DNA of 64,000 nucleotides from an uncultured Verrucomicrobiae bacterium (GCA_963735805.1 CAVTMK010000004.1:544001-608000); one strand, 5' to 3'. Counted from the first letter of the stretch, positions 31,313-40,159 are shown. Numbers and translations are program-made. The notes: a model not told the origin generated them from the letters alone.

Positions 31313-33925
31313 TCACTTTCCGGCAGCCCGCTGCTGCAACGGAACCAATGTCGCAAGATCGACAGCAGATGTGGGCGACGCCGTTCTATCGAGAAGCTCT
31401 TCGGCGGACGCTTTCAGTTCCGTCCATCGCGACAACGGATAGACGGGCGCAAGGACGATGTGCCGAAGTATGCTGCGCCACTCCACCAGCGCGCGTTCGA
31501 TATCGCCCTGACGCAACAGTTCGCTGGTCAGCTTGTGCTTGGAGCGCGGATCAGCCACCAACTCGCGCACCACTTCCGATGCACCGGCGCCGTATTGCAC
31601 CGGCACGCCCATGGTGAGGTAACCTGGATAATCGGCCCGGCTGTAAACTCGCTGACACAAAATGCCGAGCCGCCCACCCATCGGCGCGTCTTCGCCGGCG
31701 AATCGCGGGCCGGCGCGAATATTTGCCAGATCGAAAACCAATTCGTCGATCGGATAGGTTTCATCTTCGAGCGCGACCGCCACAGCCAGACCTTCGCCGC
31801 CGTGGAAAAATGAGAAGATCATTCCCCGGCTCGTCGGTGTGCCGTCCGGTTCAACCAGTCCAAGGTGTCGCCATGCGTACGTTGGCGAGTTCACGATGGC
31901 GACGGTTTTATCGTGCTCCAACTGATCGCACGCTCGACAAACGTCCGGCAGGTTCTCGCGCGCCGGCGGCTCGATCAATGCGTTGCCTAACGAATCGATG
32001 TGCGCGTTGACCGGCACCTTGGCGTAATCGAGCCGGATCGAGAGCAACTTTCCGCGCATGATCCAGTCGACGATTACGCCCGGCTTAACCAGTTCATCGA
32101 GCTGCGGCCGGATCTCAGTCTCAAATTGTTCATGGGTAACGATTCCGCGCGGCCGCGAGAGTTTTTCGTGGCTGGACATCAGCTGCCCGTGCTGCTCGCA
32201 CCATGCGCCGATCGCTTTCTTCAGCCATTTCACTAATGCCACCTCTCCCGAAGCAACCACCGTAGCGACCGGCAACTCCCGCCCATAATGGTTCTGCTCG
32301 CGCAGCCGGCAGAGATTTCCCGTGCCGACTCCATCGAGCAGACGCGGCACGGTCAGCGCAGGTCGCCACCAATCGTTTTCGCGCACAAAAGCGCGACCGA
32401 GCGTCACACTTTCTGCCGCCGGTTTCGCTTCCCATTGTTCGAGTAAGTTGAGCATCTCGATCATTCCCCGCCGGACGAACCGGGCACGCTCATCGGTCAC
32501 CCAAAGTCCACAGGGCCGCGGCCCGGTCTCGAGTGAATGTTCCACGCCGAGAGGCACCCGTTGCACACTGAACAACGAACGGGTCAATTCCGCCGCCGCA
32601 GCGAACGGGGTTGTCGCGCCCCCGGCCGCCGTCGCTGATATCTCAGTTCGATCTTCGACTCTCTGTCCTGTCGCTTTTTCGCCAGCGGACGCGTCCCGCC
32701 GTAGCTTTAGCGAAGGCGGATTGCCGCGCTGTTTGGCTGCATGCATCACGCTGATCAGGCTGGGCCAATCAACCTGGGTTGCGCGTCTCAGCTGGCGCGC
32801 CTTTGCGTCGCTCAACCGGGGCAGATCATTCGTGTAAAGCGCGTGACCGATTTCATCGAGACCACGGCGGCCGGCGCGACCAAACATCTGGAGTAGCTCG
32901 TCCGCTTCGACCTGGCGCTCGAAATTGCCGGCGAAATAACGTCGATCGGTCACGATCACCGAGCGCATCGAAAAATTAATGCCGGCGGCAAGTCCCATCG
33001 TCGCCACGACGACGTCGAGTTGTCCCGCTTTTGCGAGCGATTCCACTACACCCGCCCGAGCTGCATAGCTCAGTCCGCTATGATGATACGCCACACGATT
33101 CCGCAAGAGTTTCGTCAGGCTCTTCCCCGCGGTTGCTTCCTGGGCCGGGGTGAGTCGCAGCGGATCGCGCACCGGCAGGGTCGACGCGATGACTTGCGCG
33201 ATCTGTTCGGCAGCGGCGCGACGCGGCGCGAACACCAACACCGGAGCGAGCTCCGCGCGCATGGCGCGGCCAATCATGCGCGGCCAGAAAGATCCGCCAG
33301 TCCGGTCAAAGACTGGCCGTGGCGAGCTCGGACTGCGCGACTGAACAAATTGGGAATCCGGCAAATTGCCGAGATCAGTTTCCTCCAGCGGCACCGGTCG
33401 CGTCTTATGTTCGATGAGGACGGCGTCACGTCCGATGCGTTGCAGCCAGGCGACCACGTCATGCGGGTTGGCCACGCTGCCGCTCAGGAAGAGCAACTGT
33501 GTTGCTTTCGGCGCAAGAGCGACGGCGAGCTCGTAATGCACGCCACGCATCGGATCGCCCAGCATTTGAAATTCATCCATGACCAGGAGACCCGGCCCTT
33601 CGCCGCGTAGAAACCGCCCGCGCTGCGTCTCCAGCGTCGCCACCACAACCTTGGCGTCGAGGTTTAGCGCGACGTCACCCGTGGATATGCCGACATCCCA
33701 GCCGCGCGCGCGCCATTCCGATAATTTATCGTTAGCGAGTGCGCGGGTCGGGACGGTGAACACCGCCTGCGTTTTCAGATTCGGATAAACCAGCTCGAAG
33801 ATGTAAGTCTTGCCCGATCCTGTCGGCGCCTGTACCACCACATCTTTTCCCTGTTGCAACGCGCGCACTGCCTCCTGTTGCCACAGATCGGGAATAACCA
33901 GTCGGCGCGAAAATCCCTCAATCAC
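31313..33925 (-). CDS. DEAD/DEAH-box helicase (Ski2/HelY-like)
   Basis: APTGSGKT, DEFQ, HHSGL, QMFGRAGRRG; start uncertain (33925-34090). Confidence 0.88.
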   Translation of the reverse strand: MIEGFSRRLVIPDLWQQEAVRALQQGKDVVVQAPTGSGKTYIFELVYPNLKTQAVFTVPTRALANDKLSEWRARGWDVGISTGDVALNLDAKVVVATLETQRGRFLRGEGPGLLVMDEFQMLGDPMRGVHYELAVALAPKATQLLFLSGSVANPHDVVAWLQRIGRDAVLIEHKTRPVPLEETDLGNLPDSQFVQSRSPSSPRPVFDRTGGSFWPRMIGRAMRAELAPVLVFAPRRAAAEQIAQVIASTLPVRDPLRLTPAQEATAGKSLTKLLRNRVAYHHSGLSYAARAGVVESLAKAGQLDVVVATMGLAAGINFSMRSVIVTDRRYFAGNFERQVEADELLQMFGRAGRRGLDEIGHALYTNDLPRLSDAKARQLRRATQVDWPSLISVMHAAKQRGNPPSLKLRRDASAGEKATGQRVEDRTEISATAAGGATTPFAAAAELTRSLFSVQRVPLGVEHSLETGPRPCGLWVTDERARFVRRGMIEMLNLLEQWEAKPAAESVTLGRAFVRENDWWRPALTVPRLLDGVGTGNLCRLREQNHYGRELPVATVVASGEVALVKWLKKAIGAWCEQHGQLMSSHEKLSRPRGIVTHEQFETEIRPQLDELVKPGVIVDWIMRGKLLSIRLDYAKVPVNAHIDSLGNALIEPPARENLPDVCRACDQLEHDKTVAIVNSPTYAWRHLGLVEPDGTPTSRGMIFSFFHGGEGLAVAVALEDETYPIDELVFDLANIRAGPRFAGEDAPMGGRLGILCQRVYSRADYPGYLTMGVPVQYGAGASEVVRELVADPRSKHKLTSELLRQGDIERALVEWRSILRHIVLAPVYPLSRWTELKASAEELLDRTASPTSAVDLATLVPLQQRAAGK

Positions 33926-33999
33926 CCGCCAAGATGTTGCAACGTCGTCGCCTTGCAACGGCCGACCCGTGGGGCGCCTCGTCCGCGGCGGGACGAATT

Positions 34000-34074
34000 G
34001 ACTTACTCGCTCCCGCTCATGTCGGCCCTTCGGCTTAATCCCATCTATGTCGCTCGCATCCCTGCGGCTCCATT
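34000..34074 (-). mobile_element. mini insertion element copy 1 (75 bp)
   Basis: TT|gacttactcgc...ctatgtcgct...ggctccaTT between two short hairpins. Confidence 0.8.
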
Positions 34075-34103
34075 CGCCGGGGGCGAACATTTTCCATCTG
34101 CCA

Positions 34104-34198
34104 CTTTAACGACCCGCTCGAGAAAACTTTCGAAGGTTAATTCGCCGCTGGACGAATCCGCCGTGGCGGACGTTTCAACGCATCACGCGGCGACAGCC
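34104..34198 (-). repeat. composite palindromic repeat R2, empty form, inverted
   Basis: Reverse complement matches 41255-41339. Confidence 0.8.
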
Positions 34199-34209
34199 CC
34201 TGCTTGCAA

Positions 34210-34308
34210 TGGAGCTGATGGGATCAGCGACATAGAAGGGTCCGAGCCGGACTGGCAACTAGTGACGAGGGTAGGAGCGAGCGAGTGCGGGCAGCGAGCG
34301 AGTTTCAA
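34210..34308 (+). mobile_element. mini insertion element copy 2 (99 bp)
   Basis: AA|tggagctgatgggatcagcgacatag...gcgagcgagtttcAA. Confidence 0.8.
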
Positions 34309-34448
34309 TCGGGATAGGGACCTGGCGGACGAACCGCACTGATGTTCATCGGTTTTTGGTTCTCGCAACGCGTGCGGCCTTGCTGATAGGATCGACACAG
34401 TGGAAGTCGACGCTTTTACCCGGCCTCGGTTTGATCTATTGTGAGTTC

Positions 34449-34652
34449 ATGACATTGCGGCTAGTTGTCGAATACGATTCGGAAACGAAGCGTTGGGCGG
34501 CATTTTTTCCGGAATTGCCCGGTTGCGCTTCCGCTGGCGACACAGAGGACGAAGCGATCGAAAATGCAAAGGAAGCTCTTGAACTCTGGTTTGAGCCAAC
34601 GCCGGTCGCTTTGTCTGCCGGCGCAAAAGTTTTGGAAGTCGCGCTCACGTGA
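34449..34652 (+). CDS. hicB: HicB-like antitoxin
   Basis: FPELPGCASAGDTEDEAIENAKEALELW. Confidence 0.88.
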   Translation: MTLRLVVEYDSETKRWAAFFPELPGCASAGDTEDEAIENAKEALELWFEPTPVALSAGAKVLEVALT

Positions 34653-34948
34653 ATACGCCGTGCTGGGGAGCCGGTGGATGGACTGCATTGGTCGCATGGT
34701 GATGCGACCGAGCGATCGGGAGATCGCGAGTCAACGAGCGCTTCCCCGTTTGCACCGCCAAACAGGTCATTCGCGTCTTGCGTAAACATGGTTTTGCTCT
34801 AGTGAGCCAAAAAGGAAGCCACCAAAAATGGCGTCATCCAAATAGCCGTCAGGTAATCGTCGCCATGCACGGGAATAAGCCAATTCCGATCGGCACCTTG
34901 AAAAGCATCATCGAAGGAGCTGCCTTAACTGCCGAGGATTTCCGCTGA
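34649..34948 (+). pseudogene. hicA: HicA toxin interrupted at codon 2 by an 81-bp element
   Basis: Removing 34654-34734 gives GTG AAC GAG CGC... MNERFPVCTAKQVIRVLRKHGF..QKGSH..H..IPIGTLKSII. Confidence 0.85.
34654..34734 (+). mobile_element. mini insertion element copy 3, divergent (81 bp)
   Basis: AA|tacgcc...gatcgcgagtcAA; same AA flank and GCGAG..TCAA end; excision restores hicA. Confidence 0.72.
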
Positions 34949-35167
34949 AAACGTTCGCGGCCTCGGCGACGAAGGATGGGGATCGGTGTCCAAGAAGATC
35001 AGGTGCGGCAAGCGGCGAATTTGATCCCAGCAGATTCGATCGATCATAAGCCGCTTATGATGCATGAATTTTACGATCACTTGAGTCCGAGATTCGCGTC
35101 GCGCGCGGACGTAACGGTCCTCAAGCTCGGCTCGGTGCCGCTGTCCGTTGTCACCGCGCGGGTCGCC

Positions 35168-36106
35168 CTACGGCCGCAGATGTTGCGTGAACCAATCCGT
35201 CGCGGCCTTCGCCGCGCGGTCGAACTGGTCGGTGTAAGCCGAGAAGTGACCACCGGGGTAGAGCTCCAGCCGCTTGGGTTCGCCGGCGCGGTTGAACGCC
35301 GCCAGGCTGAGGTCGGTGGGGCAGATGGCGTCTGCATCGCCGACCACCATGAGTAGCGGCGTCGGCGCGATCCGCTCGATGAATGCGCCGGGCTCGTACT
35401 CCGAGTACATCTCGAGCGACCGCAGCGTGATTTCGTTGCGCCATTTCTTAAACCGCCACTTGTCCTTATCCGGCGCGTTCTTGCCCGTAAAAAACTCCCA
35501 CGCGTCTGCACTCCCGTGTGACGCCGCGCCGCCCGCGGCGGGATCGGCTACCATCGGGACCATTTTCGGCGGGTTCCCCTTGTACCGCTCGAGGCGATCC
35601 GCGTCCCAGGCGTCGCGCTGGCCGGGAAGCGCCTGCGGCGCGATCCGCCTCAGCGTCGTCTGCCACCCGCTGATCGTCGGCACCTGTGCGACCACGCAGC
35701 GCACACGTCGATCGATCGCGGCGACGACGAGGACGTGGCCGCCCGCGTAGCTCGTGCCCCAGATGCCGATCCGCTGAGGATCGACGCCGTCCAGCGTCTG
35801 CACGAACGTGATCGCGTTGCGATAGTCGCGGACCTGCATCCACGGGTCCAACTCCTGCCGCGGCTCTCCGTCGCTCTCCCCGAAATTGCGGTGGTCGTAC
35901 GCAAGTACGACATGACCCGCGTTCGCGAAAGCGGCCGCGTACCGGTCCAGGTAGAGCTCCTTAATACAATTGTAGCCGTGAGCCATGACCACGGCGGGAG
36001 CGGTTGCCGCGCGGCCTCGCGGACGGTACAGCCATCCCCGAAGCGTTGTCCCGTCCGCGTCGAACTCGACCTTGCTGGCCTCGTGCGCCGGTTCCGTGCT
36101 GAGCAC
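35168..36106 (-). CDS. alpha/beta hydrolase (peptidase S15-like), visibly higher GC than neighbours
   Basis: VVMAHG, YDHRNFGESDG, WGTSYAGG, GGHF; GTG start inferred. Confidence 0.85.
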   Translation of the reverse strand: MLSTEPAHEASKVEFDADGTTLRGWLYRPRGRAATAPAVVMAHGYNCIKELYLDRYAAAFANAGHVVLAYDHRNFGESDGEPRQELDPWMQVRDYRNAITFVQTLDGVDPQRIGIWGTSYAGGHVLVVAAIDRRVRCVVAQVPTISGWQTTLRRIAPQALPGQRDAWDADRLERYKGNPPKMVPMVADPAAGGAASHGSADAWEFFTGKNAPDKDKWRFKKWRNEITLRSLEMYSEYEPGAFIERIAPTPLLMVVGDADAICPTDLSLAAFNRAGEPKRLELYPGGHFSAYTDQFDRAAKAATDWFTQHLRP

Positions 36107-36240
36107 GATCGCATCATCTCCGCCCGCGAACGGCGGGTCAAGCACCCAGAGGCGCCTGCGGTGCGTGATAACGCGCACACGCCTCGACTCCGCGCGAATA
36201 ATTATCGAAAGATTTGGCCGGAATCGGCGAACTATGATTA

Positions 36241-37507
36241 ATGACTCTGCAATGAAGGTGATGGGATCATCGACATAAAAGGTAAAGCCGCGACGGGTAG
36301 CGGCGAGCGACTTGGGGAAACGAGCGAGTTTCAATTTTCGCGCATTCATCAGTCCGCAACTGAGACTGCAACGCCACTGGGATCGAAGACTAACCTCGGG
36401 GTCGATCCGCGTTTTCAAAATCGCGAACGCCAGCCCGGCCTCGATCTTCTCCGCGCGCTCGCAATTATCGTGGTGGTTGTTTATCACGCTGCGCTGTTCG
36501 GATTCAAATTGCCCGGGCGCGTGGACCGGTTCGGCTGGATCGGTGTCGATTTGTTTTTTGTTCTTAGCGGTTATTTAATCGGCGGGCAATTGCTCGCCCC
36601 GCTTGCCCGCGGTAAGCGCATCAATCTCGGACGATTCTTCACCCGACGCGCGTTGCGAATCATGCCGGCATACTTCGCAGTTCTCGCGATTTACTTTTTG
36701 TTGCCCTCATGGCGCGAATATCCCGACATGTCGCAGCCGCTTTGGAAATTTCTGTTATCGGTGCAAAACATCGCGCTCCATGGCGGAACAGCGTTCTCAC
36801 ATGCCTGGTCGCTCGCGGTCGAAGACCAATTTTATCTAGCGCTACCTTTTCTTTTGCTCTTTCTCTTTCCCCGTCCGCGCCTGGCCATCATCATTCCATG
36901 CCTGATCGTTATTGGCGGCATCGGCTTACGCGCTTTTCTGGCTGCACAGAATCCATCAGTTGATGGCGGCGGCGTATCGTTCCGCGGGTTTCAAGCGTGG
37001 ATCTATTATCCAACCTGGACCCGCCTCGATCCGCTCGTATTCGGCGTCGCGCTGGCCGCAATCGAGAAATTTCGACCGACCTGGTGGCAACGCATCATCA
37101 ACTGCGCACCCTGGCTTTTGCTGCCCGCGCTAGGGCTATTCGCGTACGCATTGTATCTCGGCGAAACCGAAACACTCACCGTCTCTGCGTGCGTCTGGCA
37201 ATTCCCACTCATCGCTGTCGGCATGGCCGCGCTTCTTGTTTGCGCGATCAGTCCGCGTCTGCCGCTCTGTCGAGTGGCGATTCCCGGCGCCGCGTTCATC
37301 GCCAGCATCGCCTACAGCGCATACTTGATTCAGAAACTGGTCATTAATGGGGTCGAACAATTCTGCACAACTCACAACATCGATCTCACTTCTGCGTCCG
37401 CGCTTCTCGGCGTCGAACTCTGTGTCTACGCCGCAGCTACTGTTCTATTCCTATCGATCGAGCGTCCGTTCCTGCTTCTTCGTCGAAGGCTTACTGCTCG
37501 TAAGTAA
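36241..37507 (+). CDS. acyltransferase-3 (OafA-like) membrane protein, interrupted at codon 4 by an 82-bp element
   Basis: GLDLLRALAI, GVDLFFVLSGYLI, HAWSLAVEDQFY; ATG 36241 is in frame only after removing 36253-36334. Confidence 0.85.
36253..36334 (+). mobile_element. mini insertion element copy 4 (82 bp)
   Basis: AA|tgaaggtgatgggatcatcgacataaaaggtaaa...acgagcgagtttcAA. Confidence 0.82.
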
Positions 37508-37693
37508 ACGCGTCGCGCGGGTGGATTTGTGCGGGACTTTCCCAGCATCGATCGCCTGCAAACCTTCGGCGAACGCGCCGACAACTTGCTTCAAAGAAAT
37601 GTCCACTACGAAACGAGAGCAGAAAATTCTTGCTTCGTCGCTTCCCAAGCTTTCTTGCAACCAGCGCGGCAAGTCACCTAATCTCTCTTCGCA

Positions 37694-38199
37694 ATGGCGC
37701 CGCCACTAACTAGTGAGATTGCAGAACGACGCCGAATTTTTCGCGCGCTCGTACCGTACTTCGGCACTGTCCAACCAGTAGTTTTTTTCCAACGAACTGG
37801 TGAAACAATTCCTGGCATCGTGCGCATTCACAATTTCATCGAGGGAATCTACAAGCCGAAAGGCGCCGCTTACACGCTGAGCATTTCGTCGATGTTGAAG
37901 AGCCCGTACAGCGACCGGGTCTTTTACAATCCAGATCGGACGTGGTGGATGCAGTACAGCTCAAAGAAAGGTGCAATGGACCACGCGATGAACGCGAGTC
38001 TCGTCCGTTGTATGACCGATCACCAGCCGGTGCTCGTCCTGCGTCAGGTTTCGGATAAGAGCAGTGCAGAAGGTTCGCGTCATAGGCGGTGGAACTCGAC
38101 CACCGGAAAATACTGTTGCCAAAAGATTCCTGCTATTGGCCGCATCCAGATGCCTTGGCTTGGCACAAGCAAGAAGTATTTGATCGATTTTCGCCGTAG
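37694..38199 (+). pseudogene. restriction-type HNH endonuclease remnant with internal deletion
   Basis: N-terminal GIYKPKG..YTLSI..SPYSD domain joined out of frame (about 38088) to ILLPKDSCYWPHPDALAWHKQEVF*. Confidence 0.65.
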
Positions 38200-38243
38200 C
38201 CTGCCTCGAGGATGTTCGATTGCTGCTGGACAGAACCTAAACA

Positions 38244-39218
38244 TTGAAAGCTCGCTCGAAACAACTCGTCGATCGCGCAGTCGCGGCAACCGTGGCAGCG
38301 ATCGAAATCTACAACAAACCCGATTTCCAGTACCGGAATGAGACGTTCGCGGTGCTGGCCGTAAACGGATGGGAGCTTTTATTTAAAGCGAAGTGGTTAG
38401 TCGATCATGACAATGACATCCGCAGCCTGTATGTCGCCCAGCCGCAAAAGAAAAAGGATGGTACTTTGAGCAAAAGGGCAAAGATCAAAGGCACACGTTC
38501 AGGAAATCCTTTCACCCACAGCATCGAGTTTCTTGCCAGGAGGCTAGTGCAGCAGAAACGCCTTGACGCAGCAGTTTGGAAAAACATCGAGTTGCTATTG
38601 GAGATTAGAGATTCAGCGGTGCATTTCTACAATCAATCGCCGGCATTTGCGCTGCGGCTGTATGAAGTTGGCGCTGCGTCAGTCAAAAATTTCGTTGCAG
38701 TGTTGGAGGACTGGTTCAAACGAGATTTGTCAGAATTCAATCTGTACCTGCTGCCGCTTTCCTTTGCGGGTACGCCGTCGAAATCCAAAACTGTGTTTAA
38801 TACTGAAGAGAAAAAATTCTTAAGTTATCTCGCCGAGCTTGAGCCAAAAACAGCGGATCCTAGTGGCCGATTTTCAATAACTGTGAATGTCGACGTAAAG
38901 TTCGTGCGGTCGAAATCGAGGGATGCAATACCTGTTATCGTTACCAAAGATCGGAAGGCTACCGCAATTCAGCTTACAGAGGAGTTAATCCGCGAAAAAT
39001 ACCCGTGGGACTACAACCAGTTAACGAGCGAATGCAAAAAGCGGTACTCAGATTTTAAAGTGGTCGATGAGTATCACGATATGCGTAGGAAACTTCTCGC
39101 CGATCCAAGATTCGGAACAATTCGCTACCTTGATCCAGGCAATCCGAAGAGTTCCAAGAAGCCTTTGTTCGATCCGAACATTCTAGCGGAGCTCGACAAA
39201 CACTACACTCGCAAATAG
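38244..39218 (+). CDS. DUF3644 domain protein (lower GC)
   Basis: AAIEIYNKPDFQYRNETF..NGWELLFKA, IRDSAVH (Rx4H). Confidence 0.82.
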   Translation: MKARSKQLVDRAVAATVAAIEIYNKPDFQYRNETFAVLAVNGWELLFKAKWLVDHDNDIRSLYVAQPQKKKDGTLSKRAKIKGTRSGNPFTHSIEFLARRLVQQKRLDAAVWKNIELLLEIRDSAVHFYNQSPAFALRLYEVGAASVKNFVAVLEDWFKRDLSEFNLYLLPLSFAGTPSKSKTVFNTEEKKFLSYLAELEPKTADPSGRFSITVNVDVKFVRSKSRDAIPVIVTKDRKATAIQLTEELIREKYPWDYNQLTSECKKRYSDFKVVDEYHDMRRKLLADPRFGTIRYLDPGNPKSSKKPLFDPNILAELDKHYTRK

Positions 39219-39430
39219 TCGCGACAGACACGGGTTGCTCTGGTCATTGAGTCAGCGAGGCGACGATGCGTTCGGTCAAGGCCGAAACCTGGGAACTACG
39301 AAGGGAGAAGACCGGAAGGATGAATTAAAAAGTAAAAAGGATGAAGTCGGCTGACTGATTAGCCTCGCGTTTGATCCGCCGTTCGTGTAAGACTGGCTGT
39401 CGCCACGTAATTCGTCCGCCATGGCGGATT

Positions 39431-39503
39431 GACTTATTCGCTCCCGCTCCTAAGGCCTCTCGGCTTGGCCCATCTATGTCGCTTTCATCCCTTCGGCTCC
39501 ATT
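39431..39503 (-). mobile_element. mini insertion element copy 5 (73 bp)
   Basis: TT|gacttattcgctcccgctc...ctatgtcgct...ggctccaTT; close to copy 1. Confidence 0.82.
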
Positions 39504-39583
39504 GAAACTCGCTCGCTTCCCTCCCTCGCTCGTCGCTACCTCGCCACTTTACCTTCTATGTCGCTTATCCCAGTCGCTCCATT
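39504..39583 (-). mobile_element. mini insertion element copy 6 (80 bp)
   Basis: TT|gaaactcgctcgc...ttctatgtcgct...gctccaTT. Confidence 0.85.
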
Positions 39584-39674
39584 CGTCCAAAGGCGAATTG
39601 AACTCCGAAAGTTTTCGCGAGCGGGTTGTTGAACAGGGTTAAATCGTTGAATCGTTAAATCGGAGGAAAACCGC

Positions 39675-39914
39675 TCACGATGCGTGCGCGAATGCTGGCG
39701 CCGGCGGTTTGATGCCTTGTTCGGCTGCGACTTCCAGAGCGCCTTCGAGCGCGAGCTGAATCTGGCGTGCCGCTTCTTCGCGCGTATCGCCATGCGCCAT
39801 GATCCCGGGCCATTCGACGACTTGGGCAATGAAGCATTCGTCGCCTTTCTCCGCCGAATACCAAATGCGGATTTCGTAGTCGCGAGGATCGGGTTGCATC
39901 GGTGTTTTCATCAT
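39675..39914 (-). CDS. hicB: HicB-like antitoxin
   Basis: WYSAE..CFIAQVVEWPGIMAHGDTREEA. Confidence 0.85.
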   Translation of the reverse strand: MMKTPMQPDPRDYEIRIWYSAEKGDECFIAQVVEWPGIMAHGDTREEAARQIQLALEGALEVAAEQGIKPPAPAFAHAS

Positions 39915-40159
39915 GGTTTGAGATACAATTTTTGCAACTCTTCGCGCACCTGCCGCACTTGATAGCCCTTGGCTTTTCCGCCGGTGCTTTGCTGCAAGTT
40001 AAGAAAACTCGGTCCGCGCTGAAATATTATGTGGCTGCCTTTCGTTTTCCTTCCAACATAGCCGAGCTTCGTAAGCAGCGTGCAGAGATCGTCGAACGGA
40101 AAATTCGCGTCGCTCTGGGCAGACATGAGCTTCTCGAATAGTTTCTCGGCCTTGCTCAT
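39911..40159 (-). CDS. hicA: HicA toxin
   Basis: FDDLCTLLTKLGY..KGSHIIF...AKGYQVRQVR; 4-bp overlap with hicB. Confidence 0.85.
   Translation of the reverse strand: MSKAEKLFEKLMSAQSDANFPFDDLCTLLTKLGYVGRKTKGSHIIFQRGPSFLNLQQSTGGKAKGYQVRQVREELQKLYLKP

Larger units (their letters stand above)
39395..39634 (+). repeat. repeat R2 filled with two tandem mini elements
   Basis: Same flanks as 41255-41339 with 153 bp inserted at ggcgga-TT-cgtcca. Confidence 0.85.

Noticed and set aside
33926..34090. Helicase N-terminal extension to ATG 34090
   Set aside because: Consists of REP hairpins plus element copy 1 (75 bp, in frame by chance); probably not coding, though not excluded.
35043..35065. Chromosomal dif site
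   Set aside because: Spacer is 5 bp rather than 6 and three related copies occur; kept only as a recombinase-site-like motif.
34210..36334. Mini elements as group II intron remnants
   Set aside because: No GTGCG 5' end or domain V motif; insertions occur in both orientations relative to host genes.
36107..36487. N-terminal extension of ORF 35168..36487
   Set aside because: Runs antisense through the acyltransferase start and element copy 4; hydrolase similarity begins near 36106.
38244..38260. ttgaaagctcgctcg as another element end
   Set aside because: It encodes the DUF3644 start (MKARSK) and no partner end follows.
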